A stretch of 63,649 bases of DNA, filler included. It is 5 parts of 5 records of this genome, joined end to end, with 100 filler letters (N's around TTAATTAATTAA, not from the genome) between each part and the next. Parts side by side here need not be neighbours in the genome. Positions count along the whole stretch, not along the records: positions 42,374 to 56,380 come from DRR378314_368; positions 56,481 to 63,649 come from DRR378314_472; 3 more parts are not named here. One strand, given 5' to 3'. The notes under the pieces were generated by a model. It worked only from the letters and a program-made list of their open reading frames with translations, made no database searches and was not told where the DNA came from. The translations under genes were made by a program, and so were the position numbers. Below are positions 44,945 to 58,109 of the stretch, one piece after another (positions within the stretch are counted from its first letter, which is position 1; each line of letters starts with the position of its first letter).

Positions 44945-45767
44945 TGCTTAAATTGCGGGTGATCACCGCTCTGGCGCTGCTGCCGGTCGTTCTTGGCGCG
45001 GTATTCGGCCTGGAGCGGGGCCCCTTCGCCCTGGTGGCGGGCGCGTTTTTCCTGATCGGCGGCTGGGAATGGTCGGCGATGATGGCGCGTTTCTCCACGG
45101 CGGCACGCCTGCTCTGGTGCCTGTCCCTGGCGCTGTTGATGCTGGGGGCCGAAGTGTTCCGCCCGGCCTGGGTGCTCAACACGCTGCCGCTGTGGTGGCT
45201 GCTGGCGCTGGTGGCGGTGCTCGGCTACCCGCGCACCGCCAGCCACTGGTTCCGCCCGGCGGTGCTGGTGCCGGTGGGCTGGTTGCTGCTGGTGCCGGCC
45301 TGGATGGCGGTGGTGGAACTGCAGGACAACGGCGCGCTGGGGCTGGCCGGGCCCTGGGCGCTGCTGTTCGTGCTGGTCTGGGTATGGGCGGCGGACACCG
45401 GCGCCTATTTCGCCGGCCGCGCCTTCGGCCGCCGGAAGTTGGCACCGGCGGTGAGCCCCGGCAAGACCGTGGAAGGCCTGCTGGGCGGCGTGGCACTGGC
45501 GCTGGTGGTGGTGGCCGCGGTGTTCTACACCGGCTGGCTGGACGCGTCGCTGCCGGCGCTGATGGTGGTGGCGCTGCTCACCGTGCTGGCGTCGGTGCTC
45601 GGCGACCTGTTCGAGAGCATGGCCAAGCGCCAGCGCGGCATCAAGGACAGCGGCACCGTGCTGCCGGGCCACGGCGGCATGCTCGACCGCATCGACAGCG
45701 TCACGGCGGCCCTGCCGGTGGCCCTGGCGGGGCTCAACTGGTTCGCTCTCCCTGGAGGCACGTTTTG

Positions 45768-45768
<1 letters not shown>
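44944..45768 (+). CDS. cdsA: Phosphatidate cytidylyltransferase
   Basis: [17 protein letters not shown] and [31 protein letters not shown]. Confidence 0.96.
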
Positions 45769-46945
<1,177 letters not shown>

Positions 46946-46952
<7 letters not shown>

Positions 46953-48259
46953 CGGTGCTGGCCTTTATAGTCACCATTGTGGTCATAGTGGCCTTCCATG
47001 AGTGGGGGCACTTCCTGGCCATGCGGGCGTTCGGCATCCGCGTGCTTACCTTCTCCGTGGGCTTCGGCCCGCGCATCGCCCGCTTCACCGACAAAAAAGG
47101 CACCGACTGGGTGATCAGCGCGATTCCCCTGGGCGGCTTCGTCAAACCGCTGGACCGCCGCGATTCGGAAATGCCGCCGGACGCCAACATGGACGAGGAG
47201 TTTTCCGGCAAGCCGGCCTGGCAGCGGGTGATCACCTATGCCGCCGGTCCGGTGTTCAACTTTATTCTCGCCTTTATTATTTACTGGCTGCTGATGATGA
47301 GCGTCGGCCAGCGCGACGCCCTGGCGGTGGTCGGGGTGCCGGCGCCGGACTCGCCGGCCGCCGAAGCCGGCTTCCAGCCCGGCGATCAGTGGCTGGCGGT
47401 CAACGGCAAGCCGGTGGAAGGCTGGCAGGACGCGGTCAGTGAGCTGGTGCTTTACCTGGGCGAGGACGAGCCGGTCAACGTGCGGGTGCGCCAGTCCGGC
47501 GGCGACACCGCCGAACGCCGCCTGCCGCTGGCCGCCTGGTCCGAAGACCCCGAGCAATCACCGCTCACCGTGCTGGGGCTGCGTCCGGCGGTGCTGATCG
47601 GTCAGGTGGCCGAGAACAGCGGCGCGGTGCAATCCGGCATTCGCCCCGGCGATCTGGTACTGTCCACCGCCGGCGAGCCGGTCACCGGCTGGGGCGGCTG
47701 GAGCGAGCAGTTGCGCGCCAGCCCCGGCGAGGCGCTGCCGGCGCGGGTGCTGCGCGACGGCCGCATCGTCGATCTCACCCTTTACCCGCAACCGGTGGAA
47801 CAGGACGGCGTCACCGTGGGTCAACTGGGGGTGGGCTCCGGCGGCCTGGTGGAGCACACCTATAACCCGCTGGCCGCGGTGGGCGCCGCCGGCGACCGTT
47901 TCGGCCAGCAGGTCAACGTGATCATTACCAGCGTAGCGAAGCTGGCCACCGGGCATCTGCCGCTGGACAGTCTCGGCGGACCGGTGACCATCGCCCAGGT
48001 GGCGGGCGACAGCGCCGCCCTGGGCGTCGCCAGTTTTCTTATGCTGTTGGCTTACCTGAGCATTACTCTGGGGGTCATCAACCTGCTGCCGATACCGATG
48101 CTGGACGGCGGCTGGATTCTCTTCGGCATCATTGAAATGATTCGCGGGCGCAGCCTGCCCGAGCGGTTTATTATCGCCGCTCAGGGTGTGGGTCTGACGC
48201 TGGTGGTCAGTTTCATGTTGTTGGCCATCTATAACGACCTGGTGCGACAGTTTTCATGA
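46946..48259 (+). CDS. rseP: RIP metalloprotease RseP
   Basis: HEWGH, FSVGFG, IPLGGFV, AGPVFN, two PDZ-like repeats and [11 protein letters not shown]. Confidence 0.95.
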
Positions 48260-50625
48260 ATTTCGGAAACACCACTAAAACCCTGCTCAGCGGGGCCCTG
48301 GCCCTGGTTCTTATCTTCTCGCCGGTGACCGTCGGCGCGCAAAGCGGCGGTGGCGCCTTGCCCTTCCAGGTGCGCGATATCCGCGTCGAGGGGCTGCAGC
48401 GCATCCCGGTGGAGCGCGTGTACGCGGAGCTGCCGATCCAGCCCGGTGACACCGTCAACCGGAACGACGTGGTGCAGGCGGTCAAGCGGCTGTTCGCCAC
48501 CGGCGACTACGAAGACGTACAGCTCGGCCGCGACGGCGACGAGCTGGTGGTGGTGGTGGCCGAGCGCCCCAGCATCGCGCGCATCGATCTGGACGGTAAC
48601 AAGCAGATCGAGGAAGAGGACCTGCGCCAGGGCCTCACCCAGGCGGGCCTGGCGGAGGGCGAAGTGTTCCAGCGCTCCACGCTGGAGGCGATCTCCGGGG
48701 AGCTGGAGCGCCAGTACATCGCCCAGGGCCGCTACGGCGCCGACATCAGCACCGAGGTGGTGCCGCTGCCGCGTAATCGGGTGGCGCTGGACATCCAGAT
48801 TTACGAAGGCAAGGCCGCGCGCATCAGCGACATCAACGTGGTCGGCAACACCGTGTTCAGTGACGAAGAGTTGCTGGAAGACTTCGAGCTCAGTTCCTCG
48901 CACTTCTGGTCGTTCATCAAGGGCGACGACAAGTATTCCCGCCAGCGTCTGGCCGGTGATCTGGAACGCCTGCGTTCCTATTACCTGGACCGCGGCTATA
49001 TCAACTTCTCGATCGAATCCACCCAGGTGTCGGTGACCCCGGACCGGGAGCGGGTGCTGATCACCGTCAACGTGGCCGAGGGCGACCAGTTCCGCGTCAA
49101 CGACGTCAAGCTGTCCGGCGACCTGGTGGTGGATGAAAGCGAGCTGACCCCCCTGCTGGTGCTGCAGGAAGGCCAGGTGTTCAGCCAGCAGCTGGTGACC
49201 TACACCAGTGACCTGATCAAGCGCCGTCTCGGCAACGAGGGCTACACCTTCGCCGAAGTGCGCGGCGTGGAGCAGGAAACCGGCGACGGCAACACCGTGG
49301 ACGTGACCTTCTTCGTCGACCCGGGCCGCCGTGTTTACGTGCGCCGCCTGAGCTTCGTCGGCAACGCCAAGACCGAAGACGAAGTGCTGCGTCGTGAAAT
49401 GCGTCAGTTCGAGGACGCGCCGGCCAACACCTCGCTGATCGACCTGTCCCGCGAGCGCCTGCAGCGTCTCGGCTACTTCAGCTCCGTGCAGGCGGACACC
49501 GAGCGGGTCCCCGACTCCGAGGACCTGGTCGACGTGGAATACGAAGTGGAAGAGCAGCCCTCCGGCTCCATCGGCGCCAATGTGGGCTACTCCGACGCCT
49601 CCGGCGCCATCTTCGGCGCCAACGTCAGCCAGAACAATTTCCGGGGCACCGGTAACCGGGTGTCGTTCTCCCTGAGCCGCAGTGCGATCCGCGACTCCTA
49701 CAGCTTCTCGCACTACAACCCGTACTACACGCTGGACGGCGTGAGCCGCGGCTTCAGCCTGTTCCATTCGGAAATCGATTTCGATGAAACACGGATTTCC
49801 TCCTACGCCGCCGACCGTTCCGGCGGCTCGGTGACCTTCGGTTATCCGATCTCCGAATACTCCCGTCTCAGCTTCGGCGGCACCTTCGAGCGCACCGACG
49901 TGCAGAGCGGTGACTACATCGCCGTCGCCATTGACGACTTCCTGCAGCGCGAAGGGGAAGAGTTCGACGAGTTCAAGTTCAACGCGTCATTGCGCACCAG
50001 CACCCTGAACCGGGGCATCCTGCCGGACCGGGGCTGGGCCAGCACCTTCAATCTGGAAGCGGCGGTGCCGGGTTCCGATTACCTGTTCTACAAGGCCAGC
50101 TGGGACGGTGAGAAATATTTCCCGATCACCCGTAACTGGACACTGCGGGCGCGCGGTGAAGTGGGCTACGGCGACGGTTACGGCGACGACAACGGCCTGC
50201 CGTTCTTCGAGAACTACTATTCCGGCGGTATCGGTTCGGTGCGCGGCTTTGAATCCCGCTCGCTGGGCCCGCGCTCGCCGGCGTTGTTCTACGCCGATTC
50301 GTCGGTGGCCGACCCCGATCCCGATCCGATCGGTGGTAACCTGCTCACCGAAGCCAGCATCGAGCTGATTTTCCCGACGCCGTTCGCGCCGGAATCGCGC
50401 AGCATCCGAACCTTCCTGTTCGTGGACGCCGGTAACGTGTTCGAAACCCGGCAACAGGATATCATGCAGGACTTCGACGCCACCGAACTGCGTTCCTCGG
50501 TGGGCATCGGTTTGAGCTGGCTGACCGCCATCGGTCCGCTCAGCTTCAACCTGGCCACACCGATCAACGATGAATCCGGTGATGACACGGAAGTATTCCA
50601 GTTCTCCCTGGGGCAAACTTTCTAG
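48256..50625 (+). CDS. bamA: Outer membrane protein assembly factor BamA
   Basis: POTRA repeats (DIRVEGLQR.., YYLDRGY, DEVLRREM), VRGF motif and C-terminal FQFSLGQTF. Confidence 0.97.
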   Translation: MNFGNTTKTLLSGALALVLIFSPVTVGAQSGGGALPFQVRDIRVEGLQRIPVERVYAELPIQPGDTVNRNDVVQAVKRLFATGDYEDVQLGRDGDELVVVVAERPSIARIDLDGNKQIEEEDLRQGLTQAGLAEGEVFQRSTLEAISGELERQYIAQGRYGADISTEVVPLPRNRVALDIQIYEGKAARISDINVVGNTVFSDEELLEDFELSSSHFWSFIKGDDKYSRQRLAGDLERLRSYYLDRGYINFSIESTQVSVTPDRERVLITVNVAEGDQFRVNDVKLSGDLVVDESELTPLLVLQEGQVFSQQLVTYTSDLIKRRLGNEGYTFAEVRGVEQETGDGNTVDVTFFVDPGRRVYVRRLSFVGNAKTEDEVLRREMRQFEDAPANTSLIDLSRERLQRLGYFSSVQADTERVPDSEDLVDVEYEVEEQPSGSIGANVGYSDASGAIFGANVSQNNFRGTGNRVSFSLSRSAIRDSYSFSHYNPYYTLDGVSRGFSLFHSEIDFDETRISSYAADRSGGSVTFGYPISEYSRLSFGGTFERTDVQSGDYIAVAIDDFLQREGEEFDEFKFNASLRTSTLNRGILPDRGWASTFNLEAAVPGSDYLFYKASWDGEKYFPITRNWTLRARGEVGYGDGYGDDNGLPFFENYYSGGIGSVRGFESRSLGPRSPALFYADSSVADPDPDPIGGNLLTEASIELIFPTPFAPESRSIRTFLFVDAGNVFETRQQDIMQDFDATELRSSVGIGLSWLTAIGPLSFNLATPINDESGDDTEVFQFSLGQTF

Positions 50626-50634
50626 GAGTTAATT

Positions 50635-51129
50635 ATGAAAAAATATTTGCTTGCCGTTGCACTGATGTTGCCGCTTTTCGCCCAGGCCGAAGGCCGTACC
50701 GGGGTGGTTGACCCGATCGGCGCTTTGCAGGAAGCCAAGGAGTTCCAGGACCGTTTCGGCAAACTGGAATCCTCGCTGAAAGACGAACAAAACCGTCTCG
50801 ACCGTCTCGGCGGTGAGGTGGAGAACCTGCGCGGTCGCCTCGAAAAAGAGGGCATGACCATGAGCGAGGACGAGCGCGAACAGCTGCAGACCCAGGGTCA
50901 GCAGAAGATGATTGAGTTGCAGAACCTGCGCCAGTCCGCGCAGCGCAAGCTGAACAAGGGCCAGCAGGAGATCCTTCAGGTGATGGAGCCCAAGCTCAAG
51001 CAGGCGGTGGAAACCGTGGCCGAGCGGGAAAACCTGGATATGGTGCTGAACGCCCAGGCGGTGGTCTACGTGAAGTCCGACATGGACATCACCGAGGCCG
51101 TCACCAAACAACTCAATTCGATGAAGTAA
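50635..51129 (+). CDS. skp: OmpH/Skp periplasmic chaperone
   Basis: Signal peptide, coiled coil and DITEAV C-terminus; position between bamA and lpxD. Confidence 0.9.
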   Translation: MKKYLLAVALMLPLFAQAEGRTGVVDPIGALQEAKEFQDRFGKLESSLKDEQNRLDRLGGEVENLRGRLEKEGMTMSEDEREQLQTQGQQKMIELQNLRQSAQRKLNKGQQEILQVMEPKLKQAVETVAERENLDMVLNAQAVVYVKSDMDITEAVTKQLNSMK

Positions 51130-51133
51130 TCGG

Positions 51134-52165
51134 ATGCCTGTGACAGCACCGAAGACGGTCCGCCTCGACGTTCTCGCCCGGGAACTGGGCGCCGAGCTGC
51201 ACGGACCCGGCGACCTCGAGGTCACCGGGCTGGGTACGCTGGGCGCCGCCGGCCCGAGCCAACTCACGTTTCTCGCCAATCCCCGCTACCGCGCGCACCT
51301 GGAGAACAGCCGGGCCGGCGCCGTGTTGCTGCGCGCCGACCAGCTGGACGTCTGTCCGGTGGCGGCGCTGGTGGTGAAGGATCCCTATCTGGCGTACGCC
51401 AAGGCCAGCCACTTCTTCGACACCGCTTCGGTGCCGGCGGCCGGTGTTCACGCGGCGGCCTGCGTCGCCGAGGACGCGGTGGTGCCGGCCTCGGCCTCGG
51501 TGGGGCCCAACGCGGTGATCGAAGCCGGCGTGGTGCTGGGCGAGGGCGTGGTGATCGGCGCCAACAGCGTGGTGGGCGCCGGCAGCAGCCTGGGCGACGG
51601 CTGCCGTATCTGGCCAAATGTTACAATTTACCATGGTGTCCACATCGGACCGCGCTCTATCATACACGCCAATTGCGTCCTGGGTGCCGACGGCTTCGGC
51701 TTCGCGCCCACCGCGTCCGGCTGGAGCAAAATCGCCCAGGTGGGTGGGGTGCGCATTGGCGCCGACGTTGAAATCGGCGCCGGCACCACCGTTGACCGGG
51801 GTGCGATCGACGACACGGTGATTGGCGACGGCGTGATTCTGGACAACCAGATTCAGGTGGCGCACAACGTGGTGATCGGTGATCACACCGCGGTGGCGGG
51901 CAAGGTCGGCATCGCCGGCAGCAGCCGGATCGGCGCCTATTGCATGATCGGCGGCGCCGCCGGGATCTCCGGGCATCTGGAAATCTGCGACAAAGTGCAG
52001 ATTCTCGGCATGTCGCTGGTGTCGCGCTCGATCACCGAACCGGGCACCTACGGGTCGGCCCTGCCGGTGGACAAACAGGACCGTTATCGCCGGAACGTGG
52101 CCCGTTTCCGGCATCTGGATGAACTCTACCGCCGGGTCCTAAAGCTGGAACGCGACGCCGAGTAG
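51134..52165 (+). CDS. lpxD: UDP-3-O-(3-hydroxyacyl)glucosamine N-acyltransferase
   Basis: TFLANPRY, DPYLAYA, hexapeptide repeats, GADGFGF, DRGAIDDT and DNQIQVAHN. Confidence 0.96.
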   Translation: MPVTAPKTVRLDVLARELGAELHGPGDLEVTGLGTLGAAGPSQLTFLANPRYRAHLENSRAGAVLLRADQLDVCPVAALVVKDPYLAYAKASHFFDTASVPAAGVHAAACVAEDAVVPASASVGPNAVIEAGVVLGEGVVIGANSVVGAGSSLGDGCRIWPNVTIYHGVHIGPRSIIHANCVLGADGFGFAPTASGWSKIAQVGGVRIGADVEIGAGTTVDRGAIDDTVIGDGVILDNQIQVAHNVVIGDHTAVAGKVGIAGSSRIGAYCMIGGAAGISGHLEICDKVQILGMSLVSRSITEPGTYGSALPVDKQDRYRRNVARFRHLDELYRRVLKLERDAE

Positions 52166-52210
52166 CTCGGCCGCGGGCGGCGGCCAGCGTCACTTTTGGA
52201 AAACACAATC

Positions 52211-52648
52211 ATGATGGATATCCATGAGGTGAGGGAGTATCTGCCTCACCGCTACCCTTTTTTGCTGGTCGACCGCGTGGTTTCGGTCGAGCCGGGCAAA
52301 CGTATCGAAGCCTATAAGAACGTTTCCATCAACGAGCCGTTCTTCAACGGTCATTTCCCCGACGAGCCGATCATGCCCGGTGTGCTGATCGTCGAAGCGC
52401 TGGCCCAGGCGGCCGGCATTCTCGGGTTCGTGACCGCCAACAAAAGGCCTTCCGACGGCTTTATCTACCTCCTTGTGGGCACCGACAAGGCGCGCTTCAA
52501 GCGCCAGGTGGTGCCCGGTGACCGGCTCACGCTGCACGCGGAGTGGCTCACTCTGCGTCGCAACATCGCCAAGTTTTCCTGCCGCGCGGAAGTGGACGGT
52601 AAAGTGGTCGCGGTTTCCGACCTGCTGGTGGCCGAGCAGCGTAGCTGA
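52211..52648 (+). CDS. fabZ: 3-hydroxyacyl-ACP dehydratase
   Basis: [28 protein letters not shown] and [12 protein letters not shown]; the start may be 52196. Confidence 0.96.
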   Translation: MMDIHEVREYLPHRYPFLLVDRVVSVEPGKRIEAYKNVSINEPFFNGHFPDEPIMPGVLIVEALAQAAGILGFVTANKRPSDGFIYLLVGTDKARFKRQVVPGDRLTLHAEWLTLRRNIAKFSCRAEVDGKVVAVSDLLVAEQRS

Positions 52649-52730
52649 TCCGTTGATGGGGCCGTCGCCGTGGGCGGCGGCCTCGCGTATACTCCAGCAC
52701 ACCAAAACGCCAGGGCAAAAGCGCATAACA

Positions 52731-53516
52731 ATGACTCACCCCGCAGCGATTCATCCCACAGCCATTATCGATCCGACGGCGGAGCTGGACCACGACGTTC
52801 AGGTCGGTCCTTACTCCATCATCGGGCCCCGGGTGCGCATCGGCGCGGGCACCGTGGTCGGACCGCATGTGGTGATCAACGGCCCCACCGTGATCGGCAA
52901 GAACAACCGCATTTTCCAGTTCGCGTCCGTGGGCGAGGACTGCCAGGACAAGAAGTACAAGGGCGAACCGACCCGCCTGGAGATCGGCGACAACAACGTT
53001 ATCCGCGAGCATTGCAGCATTCACCGGGGCACCGTCCAGGACCAGAGCCTGACCCGCATCGGCGACAACAACCTGCTGATGGCCACCGTCCATGTGGCGC
53101 ACGACTGCATGATCGGCAACGACAATATTTTCGCCAACACCACCGGCATCGCCGGCCACGTGCACATCGGCGACGGTGTGATCCTGGGCGGCATGACCGG
53201 CGTGCATCAGTTCTGCCGCATCGGCTCCTACGCCATGACCGCCGGTTGCAGCCTGGTGCTCAAGGACATCCCCGCCTTCGTAATGGTCAGCGGCAACCCG
53301 GCCGGCGCGCGCAGCATGAACTTCGAGGGCATGCGGCGGCGCGGCTGGGACGCGGACGTGGTGGCCACCCTGCGGCGCGCCTACAAGACCGTCTACCGCC
53401 AGGGCCTGACCCTGGAGCAGGCGCTCGCCGAGCTTGAGCCGCAGGTGGCGACCTGCCCGCAGCTGGCCATGTTCGTGGACTCCCTGCGCGCTTCGGAGCG
53501 CGGCATTACCCGCTGA
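52731..53516 (+). CDS. lpxA: UDP-N-acetylglucosamine O-acyltransferase
   Basis: IHPTAII, QDKKYKGE, IHRGT, HVAHDC and VHQFCRIG; ATG at 52731. Confidence 0.96.
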   Translation: MTHPAAIHPTAIIDPTAELDHDVQVGPYSIIGPRVRIGAGTVVGPHVVINGPTVIGKNNRIFQFASVGEDCQDKKYKGEPTRLEIGDNNVIREHCSIHRGTVQDQSLTRIGDNNLLMATVHVAHDCMIGNDNIFANTTGIAGHVHIGDGVILGGMTGVHQFCRIGSYAMTAGCSLVLKDIPAFVMVSGNPAGARSMNFEGMRRRGWDADVVATLRRAYKTVYRQGLTLEQALAELEPQVATCPQLAMFVDSLRASERGITR

Positions 53517-53528
53517 TAGGGCGCTGTT

Positions 53529-54701
53529 ATGAACTCCTCTCCGGCGCCTCTCATTGCTGTGATCGCCGGCGAGGCGTCCGGGGATCTGCTCGGCGCCGGC
53601 CTGATCGGCGCCCTGCGCGAGCGTTTCCCCGGCGCCCGCTTTATCGGCGTGGGCGGCGAGAACATGGCCGCCGCCGGCCAGCATTCCCTGTTTCCGATGG
53701 AAAAACTGTCCGTCATGGGCATCACCGAGGTGATCGCCCATCTGCCGGAACTGTTCCGCCTGCGCCGCCGGCTGGTGGACGACCTGCTGGCGCGGCGCCC
53801 GGACGTGGTGATCACCATTGATTCCCCGGACTTCACCCTGGGCGTGGCCAAACGGGTCCACGCCGCCGGCCTGAAAACCGTGCACTACGTCAGCCCCTCG
53901 GTGTGGGCCTGGCGCCAGGGCCGGATCAAGGGCATCCGCCGGGACATCGACCTGATGCTCACCCTGTTCCCGTTCGAGGCCCGGTTCTACCAGGAACACG
54001 GGGTGCCGGTGGCGTTCGTCGGCCACCCCCTGGCGGACATGATCGAGCTGAGCGTGGACGCCGCCGCCGCCCGGGCGGAACTGGGGCTGGCCGCCGAGGG
54101 CCCCTTGCTGGCGGTGCTGCCGGGCAGCCGGGGCGGGGAAGTGGCGCAACTGATGCCGGAATTCCTGGACGCCATGCAGCGCCTGCACCGGGAGCGGCCG
54201 GCGCTACGCTTCGTGATTCCCGCCGCCAACGCCGCCCGCGGCGAACAGATCCGCGCGGCGCTGGCCGCCGCGCCGGCGCTGCCGGTGACCGTCACCGACG
54301 GCCGCAGCCGCACCGTGATGGCCGCCGCCGACGTGGTGCTGATGGCGTCCGGCACCGCCACCCTGGAAGGCCTGTTGCTGAAGAAGCCCATGGTGGTGGG
54401 CTACCGGCTGGGCGCGGTCACCTTCGCGATCGTCTCGCGGTTGGTGAAAAGCGAGCATGTGGCGCTGCCCAACCTGCTGTGCCGCCAACGGCTGGTGCCG
54501 GAGCTGGTGCAGGACGCCTTCACCGGCGCCGCCCTGGCCGAGGCGGTTCAGGTCTGGTTTGATAGTCCCGAGCGGGTGGCCGCCCTGGAGGCGGATTTCA
54601 CCCGGGTCCACGAGCAGTTGCGGGGCGGTGCCAACGACAAGGCCGCCGACGCCATCGCGGCGTTGCTGGCCCCGGGTACGGGAACCCAAGACTATGCATG
54701 A
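53529..54701 (+). CDS. lpxB: Lipid-A-disaccharide synthase
   Basis: [44 protein letters not shown] and ALPNLL. Confidence 0.96.
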   Translation: MNSSPAPLIAVIAGEASGDLLGAGLIGALRERFPGARFIGVGGENMAAAGQHSLFPMEKLSVMGITEVIAHLPELFRLRRRLVDDLLARRPDVVITIDSPDFTLGVAKRVHAAGLKTVHYVSPSVWAWRQGRIKGIRRDIDLMLTLFPFEARFYQEHGVPVAFVGHPLADMIELSVDAAAARAELGLAAEGPLLAVLPGSRGGEVAQLMPEFLDAMQRLHRERPALRFVIPAANAARGEQIRAALAAAPALPVTVTDGRSRTVMAAADVVLMASGTATLEGLLLKKPMVVGYRLGAVTFAIVSRLVKSEHVALPNLLCRQRLVPELVQDAFTGAALAEAVQVWFDSPERVAALEADFTRVHEQLRGGANDKAADAIAALLAPGTGTQDYA

Positions 54702-55341
54702 TCCGTTCGCCGAATACGCCCTGGCGGAGCCGTTCATTCCGTCCAGCTTCGACTGTTTTCCGGGCATGCATCTGGCCGGGGTCGACGAAGTAGGGCGCGG
54801 CCCCCTGGTGGGGGCGGTGGTCACCGCCGCGGTGGTGCTGGACCCAGCCCGGCCGGTGCCCGGCCTGGCGGATTCCAAGACCCTCAGCGCGCCACGCCGC
54901 GAGGCCCTGGCCGAGGTGATCCGCGAGCAGGCGCTGGGCTGGGCCCTGGGCCGCGCCGAGCCCGAGGAAATCGACCGGCTGAATATTTATCATGCCACCC
55001 ACCTGGCCATGGTGCGCGCCGTGGAGGCGCTCGCCCTGCGCGTCGACGCGGTGCTGGTGGACGGCAACCGGGGGCCGCGCTTCGCCTGCCCGTCGCAGCC
55101 CGTGGTAAAGGGGGACGGGCGGGTGCCGGCCATCGGCGCCGCCTCGATCCTCGCCAAGGTGGCCCGCGACCGGGAAATGGTGGCGCTGCACGAGCGTCAC
55201 CCCGAATATGGCTTCGACCGCCACAAGGGGTACCCCACCAAGGTGCACCTGGCGGCCCTGAGAACCCACGGTCCGCTGCCGTACCACCGCCGCTCCTTCG
55301 CGCCGGTGGCGGCATTGCTGACAGGAGCTGGAAGTGACTGA
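54694..55341 (+). CDS. rnhB: Ribonuclease HII
   Basis: [33 protein letters not shown] and HKGYPT. Confidence 0.95.
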   Translation: MHDPFAEYALAEPFIPSSFDCFPGMHLAGVDEVGRGPLVGAVVTAAVVLDPARPVPGLADSKTLSAPRREALAEVIREQALGWALGRAEPEEIDRLNIYHATHLAMVRAVEALALRVDAVLVDGNRGPRFACPSQPVVKGDGRVPAIGAASILAKVARDREMVALHERHPEYGFDRHKGYPTKVHLAALRTHGPLPYHRRSFAPVAALLTGAGSD

Positions 55342-56380
55342 TCCCCGCTTTGTACACCTGCGCGTGCACACCGACTACTCCCTGGCCGACGGGGTGGTGC
55401 GCGTCAAGGAACTGGTCAAGGCCTGCGTCGAGCAGCGTATGCCGGCGGTGGCGGTGACCGACGAAAACAACCTGTTCGCCCTGATCAAGTTCTACTCCGG
55501 CGCCATGGGCGCCGGCGTCAAGCCGCTGATGGGCGCCGATCTCTGGGTGCAGGCGGACGACCCGGAAGACGCCCCTTACTACCTGTGCTGCCTGGTGCAG
55601 AACGAAACCGGTTACCGCAACCTGACCCTGCTGATCAGCCGCGCCTGGCAGAGCAACCAGCACCGTGGCCGGGCGATGATCCGCCGCGAGTGGCTGCTGG
55701 AGCTCAACGAAGGGCTGATTCTGCTGTCCGCCGCCCGCGCCGGCGACGTGGGGCGGCTGCTGGTGTCGGAGAAGACCGCCGAGGCCACCGAGCGGGCTCG
55801 CGAGTACCAGCAGGTGTTCGGCGACCGCTTCTATCTGGAAGTGCAACGCACCGAGCGGCCCGGCGATGAGCAGTGCCTGCACGCCACCGTGGCCCTGGCG
55901 GCGGAGCTGGGCATCCCGGTGGTGGCCACCAACGACGTGCGCTTTATCGACCGCGACGATTTCGAGGCCCACGAAGCGCGGGTGTGCATCCACGACGGCA
56001 ACACCCTGGATGACCCGCGCCGCACCCGGAAGTACTCCGAACAGCAGTATCTGAAAACCGCCGATGAAATGGCGGAGCTGTTTTCGGATCTGCCGGAAGC
56101 CCTGGAAAACACCGTCGAGATCGCCCGGCGCTGCACGCTGGACATCCGCCTGGGCGAGAACTTCCTGCCGGAGTTCCCGATTCCCGAAGGGCTGACCCTG
56201 GAGGAGTACTTCGAAAAGGTGGCCCAGGAAGGGCTGGAAAAGCGGCTCGCCGGCATTCTCGACCCGGACGCGCCGGATTACGCGGAACGGCGCGCCGAAT
56301 ACGATCAGCGGTTGCAGTTCGAGCTGGGCATCATCAACCAGATGGGGTTCCCCGGCTACTTCCTGATCGTTGCCGACTTC
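55334..56380 (+). CDS. dnaE: DNA polymerase III alpha subunit, N-terminal part (truncated at the contig end)
   Basis: PHP domain [25 protein letters not shown] and QYLK; ends at [13 protein letters not shown]. Confidence 0.96.
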
Positions 56381-56480
56381 NNNNNNNNNNNNNNNNNNNN
56401 NNNNNNNNNNNNNNNNNNNNNNNNTTAATTAATTAANNNNNNNNNNNNNNNNNNNNNNNNNNNNNNNNNNNNNNNNNNNN
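56381..56480. other. Artificial contig linker
   Basis: N-run + TTAATTAATTAA + N-run. Confidence 0.98.
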
Positions 56481-56862
56481 TTAAGTTGACATCGAGTAGC
56501 GCTTGAACCTCGCCCCACGGTTCTAGCGTGTTTGCGCTTGGATGAGTATTGATACCCGCATTGGCAATCACAATATCTGGAACGTGCTCGGCACATAGCG
56601 CATCAAGCCATGCGTTGAGTTCGCTTGCGTCGGTCAAGCTGGCTGACGATAGCGACACCTGCGCGCCTTTTTCTCGACACGCCATCGCCAACTCTTCAAG
56701 CGCCTGCTGGTTGCGGCCGTGTAGCACTAAGTGCGTTGTAGGGGCTGCATAAGCACGGGCTAGCGCCCCGCCTATTGCACCGGTGGCACCGGTAATCAGT
56801 ACGCAGCGGGGTGCATTAGCAGGGCAAGAGGTCGTTACATCAACGTTCACACCAACGCTCAC
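56481..56862 (-). CDS. SDR-family oxidoreductase (WcbP/RkpH-like), truncated
   Basis: LITGATGAIG Rossmann motif, LHGRN and IANAG; overlaps the kpsS stop. Confidence 0.82.
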
Positions 56863-58109
56863 AGCAACGTCTCCAGTGGTGAAGGGCAGGCTTCTAGTAT
56901 ACGCGCTGCGTTGTTCACCGCTAAATCGATACTGGGTTGGCAGTAAAAACCACCATTAATTTGCGTCGTGTACATCACCGTGTTGCGAAAATAGCCAAAC
57001 AGCGCTTGGCTGGGCAGCGGCGGTTGGTGCCAAAACTCATCTAAAGAGCCTTCGTAGGTGAGGCCCGCTAAATTGTAGATGGGGTCGCTGAGGGCAAAGG
57101 TAGGGCACTGTTTTTCAAGGGAAACAATGCCGACCGTGCTGTTTACTGTGACGGTGCCCGTGGCGTGTTTAAGCAATGGGTTGAGATTGCCTGACTCTAG
57201 GTAAACGATGCGCCCATGTAGGCCGTAAAAATCTTCCAGCCGTTTAATGATGTTCGGGTAATTAACCAGCCCCATATCCAATGGGTGATTTTTTATACAC
57301 AGCAGCGCATCACTCGGGGCGTGTAGCGCAAAGGATCCCATCACGTGATCCATCACCTCTTCCATATTGGCATAAGGTGAGTGGTCGCGAATCTGCGCAT
57401 CGGTGTTGAGCTGCAGCGGCAGCATAAAATAAGGCTTGCCGCCTTCGATAAGATTTTTAATCCGCGCAGCATCACGCTTTTTCCAGTACTTAAGTAAGGT
57501 AAAGCGTTTGGCGTAGCCTGCATACTCCACCGGCGCAGTGATCGGCGCATGGTTACGATAGTGGGGAGCCACTAGGGGATTCGCTAACCCCGCTAGGTGA
57601 TAGCACATGTCGTGAGCGGCACGGATTTTAAAAGACGAGCGAAAGCGAACCGGTGCAGGGAGTTTGGGCAGCGCTTTACCCGTTTCAAAAAACCACTTGG
57701 GGTCTCTGGGGAGTAGTGAGTGGCCATTAACACCCTCGCGTTCAAGGGTGACCCAGAAAGGGCGAAAGTAGCCTTCTTCAAAGACGTGGGTACGAATGCC
57801 AGCCGCGGCTGCTAAGTCAACCGCGGGGCGGTGAATCGGACGCCGGTCACCAAACAGCACCTGATCGGTAATGTCGTAACGTTGCCACAACGACTGGATA
57901 TAAGCCGGTAGCTCGCTAAGCGGGCCGCGAAACAAATGGTTTTGGCTGTGGGTACGCTGCCAGTAGACGATATCGCCAGCGTTGAAGTTAACCTTTACCA
58001 CGCGGTGACCATCGTCGGTTAGCCGACGGGCGAGACGCTGGTAAAAGGGCGAGCAGACGCCTTGGAGAAATAAGAATGCACGCTTTTGCTTCAACTTAAT
58101 GACTTCCAA
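56859..58109 (-). CDS. kpsS: Capsular polysaccharide biosynthesis protein KpsS (WcbO-like)
   Basis: FLFLQG, VFEEGYFRP..TLEREGVNG, PLQLNTDAQI, KNHPLD, TVNSTVG and TQINGGFY. Confidence 0.9.
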   Translation of the reverse strand: MEVIKLKQKRAFLFLQGVCSPFYQRLARRLTDDGHRVVKVNFNAGDIVYWQRTHSQNHLFRGPLSELPAYIQSLWQRYDITDQVLFGDRRPIHRPAVDLAAAAGIRTHVFEEGYFRPFWVTLEREGVNGHSLLPRDPKWFFETGKALPKLPAPVRFRSSFKIRAAHDMCYHLAGLANPLVAPHYRNHAPITAPVEYAGYAKRFTLLKYWKKRDAARIKNLIEGGKPYFMLPLQLNTDAQIRDHSPYANMEEVMDHVMGSFALHAPSDALLCIKNHPLDMGLVNYPNIIKRLEDFYGLHGRIVYLESGNLNPLLKHATGTVTVNSTVGIVSLEKQCPTFALSDPIYNLAGLTYEGSLDEFWHQPPLPSQALFGYFRNTVMYTTQINGGFYCQPSIDLAVNNAARILEACPSPLETLL